The notes under the pieces were generated by a model. That model was not told where the DNA came from, did no database searches, and saw only the letters and a list, made by a program, of their open reading frames with translations. From an uncultured Trueperaceae bacterium (lineage in GTDB: Bacteria > Deinococcota > Deinococci > Deinococcales > Trueperaceae), in the NCBI GenBank assembly GCA_963815215.1, contig CAWFFU010000011.1, forward strand, positions 1-64,000: 64,000 nucleotides of DNA. The letters are read 5' to 3'. Shown piece by piece: positions 62,670-64,000 of the stretch. Within the stretch, counting starts at the first letter, position 1, and each line of letters starts with the position of its first letter. The position numbers and the translations under genes were made by a program.

Positions 62670-63998
62670 TCAGGCGAAGGCCGGCACGTACTCGGCCGGG
62701 ACGGCCTGGCTGAAGAGGAATCCCTGTCCCTCGTCGCATGCCAGGGTGCGCAACAGCGAGTTCTGCTCGCGTGTCTCGATCCCCTCGGCAGTCACGGTCA
62801 GACGCAGGCTCTTGCCGAGGGCGATGATCGCCCGTACCAGCTCCACGTCTTCGCCGGCGTCCCGGCCGCCGAGCCGCCCCACGAAGCTGCGATCGATCTT
62901 GAGACCGTCCAGCGGCATCCCTCGCAGCAGCGACAGCGAGGCGTGCGCTACGCCGAAGTCGTCGAGCGCCACGTGCACGCCCATGCCACGCAGCTCGTGC
63001 AAGTGTGGATCGGCCGCCTCCAGGGTGCCGGCGCCGGTGCGCTCGTTGATCTCGATCTCCAGCAGGCCGGGATGCAGGTCGTAGCGGGTGAGCGCCTCCT
63101 GCACGCGGCGCGTGAAGTCCTCGTCCTCCAGCGCCTGCGGACTGATGTTCACGGCCACGCGACGCGAGGTGCGCTGCTGCTGCCAGCGCTTGGCCTGGGC
63201 ACAGGCGCGCTCCAGCACCCAGCCGAACAGCTCCCCGCCGAGCTGAGCCTCCTCGGCGAGCTGCACGAAGGCCGCGGGCTTGAGCAGGCCCCGTTCCGGG
63301 TGCTCCCAGCGCACCAGGGCCTCCACGCTGGTGATGGATCCGGTCTGCAGCTCGACCCGCGGCTGGTAGTGGAGCACCAGCTCGTCCTCCAGCAGCGCTC
63401 TACGGAACTCCCTTTCGAGCGCTGCGCGTTCGCGCATGGCCGCATCGAACCCCTCGCGGTAGAACCGGTAGCCACCGCGCAGGTGCTGCTTGGCGTCCTC
63501 GAGGGCCGTCCCGGCGTGTTCCATCAGCTCGGTCGCGTTGGCCGCCCCCTCCGGGAAGACCTCGATGCCGATGCTGGCGCTGAGCCGGAGCGTGGCGCCC
63601 CGGTCGTGGAACGGATCGGTCACGGCGGCCTGGATCTTGTCGAGCACCGGCAGCGCGGCGCCCGCCCGGGGGAGCCGCGCCAGGAGCACCGCGAAGGTGT
63701 CTCCGTCGAGCCGGGCCAGGGTGTCGCTGCGACGCAACTGCCTGCGCAGCCGGACCCCCACCTCCTGCAATACGCGATCGCCCCGGTCCGCTCCGAGCGT
63801 GTCGTTCAGGAACCGGAAGTCGTCGAGGTCGACGAGAGCGAGCAGCGAAGCTCCCCCCTCCCGGCGCGTCCGGTAGAGCGCCTGCTGGATGCGATCCTCG
63901 AGCAGGTAACGGTTGGGGAGCCCGGTGAGGGCGTCGAAGTGTGCGCCGCGCCACAACTCGGCGCTCACCTGCCGGTTGGCCGTGACGTCGCGCACCAC
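62670..63998 (-). CDS. GGDEF-EAL protein (N-terminus outside window)
   Basis: DALTGLPNR, DLDDF, degenerate DGDTF; YQP, EALVRW, DDFG, KIDRSF, EGIE, QGFLF. Confidence 0.92.
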   Translation of the reverse strand: MVRDVTANRQVSAELWRGAHFDALTGLPNRYLLEDRIQQALYRTRREGGASLLALVDLDDFRFLNDTLGADRGDRVLQEVGVRLRRQLRRSDTLARLDGDTFAVLLARLPRAGAALPVLDKIQAAVTDPFHDRGATLRLSASIGIEVFPEGAANATELMEHAGTALEDAKQHLRGGYRFYREGFDAAMRERAALEREFRRALLEDELVLHYQPRVELQTGSITSVEALVRWEHPERGLLKPAAFVQLAEEAQLGGELFGWVLERACAQAKRWQQQRTSRRVAVNISPQALEDEDFTRRVQEALTRYDLHPGLLEIEINERTGAGTLEAADPHLHELRGMGVHVALDDFGVAHASLSLLRGMPLDGLKIDRSFVGRLGGRDAGEDVELVRAIIALGKSLRLTVTAEGIETREQNSLLRTLACDEGQGFLFSQAVPAEYVPAFA

Positions 63999-64000
63999 CC

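Overview
High-GC bacterial chromosome window, most likely Deinococcota (GyrB N-terminus [26 protein letters not shown], several apparently leaderless genes); the taxon is inferred, not proven. 1-2946 is the right end of an integrative element: PadR, permease-prefix protein, excisionase, a heavily frameshifted tyrosine integrase, and the displaced 3' half of a tRNA-Ala. 3.2-18.6 kb is an accessory region of efflux, regulator and small membrane genes plus pseudogenes. 18.9-47.4 kb is the highlight, a contiguous ~28 kb quinoprotein respiratory island. It contains a very divergent PQQ-type dehydrogenase with a D-x-D (lanthanide-type) motif but otherwise altered metal ligands, an XoxJ/MoxJ-SBP fusion, two ABC systems resembling the lanthanide-associated PedA1A2BC and LutAEF transporters, a MoxR-DUF58-giant VWA chaperone set, two c-type cytochromes, and one operon for a caa3 oxidase plus Rieske/cytochrome b-c complex. 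47.5-64 kb is mostly core genome: gyrB, a two-component system, proA, SDR, amidohydrolase, enoyl-CoA hydratase, ABC-F, M3 peptidase and a GGDEF-EAL protein. All family calls come from motif recognition by eye; no database searches were run.
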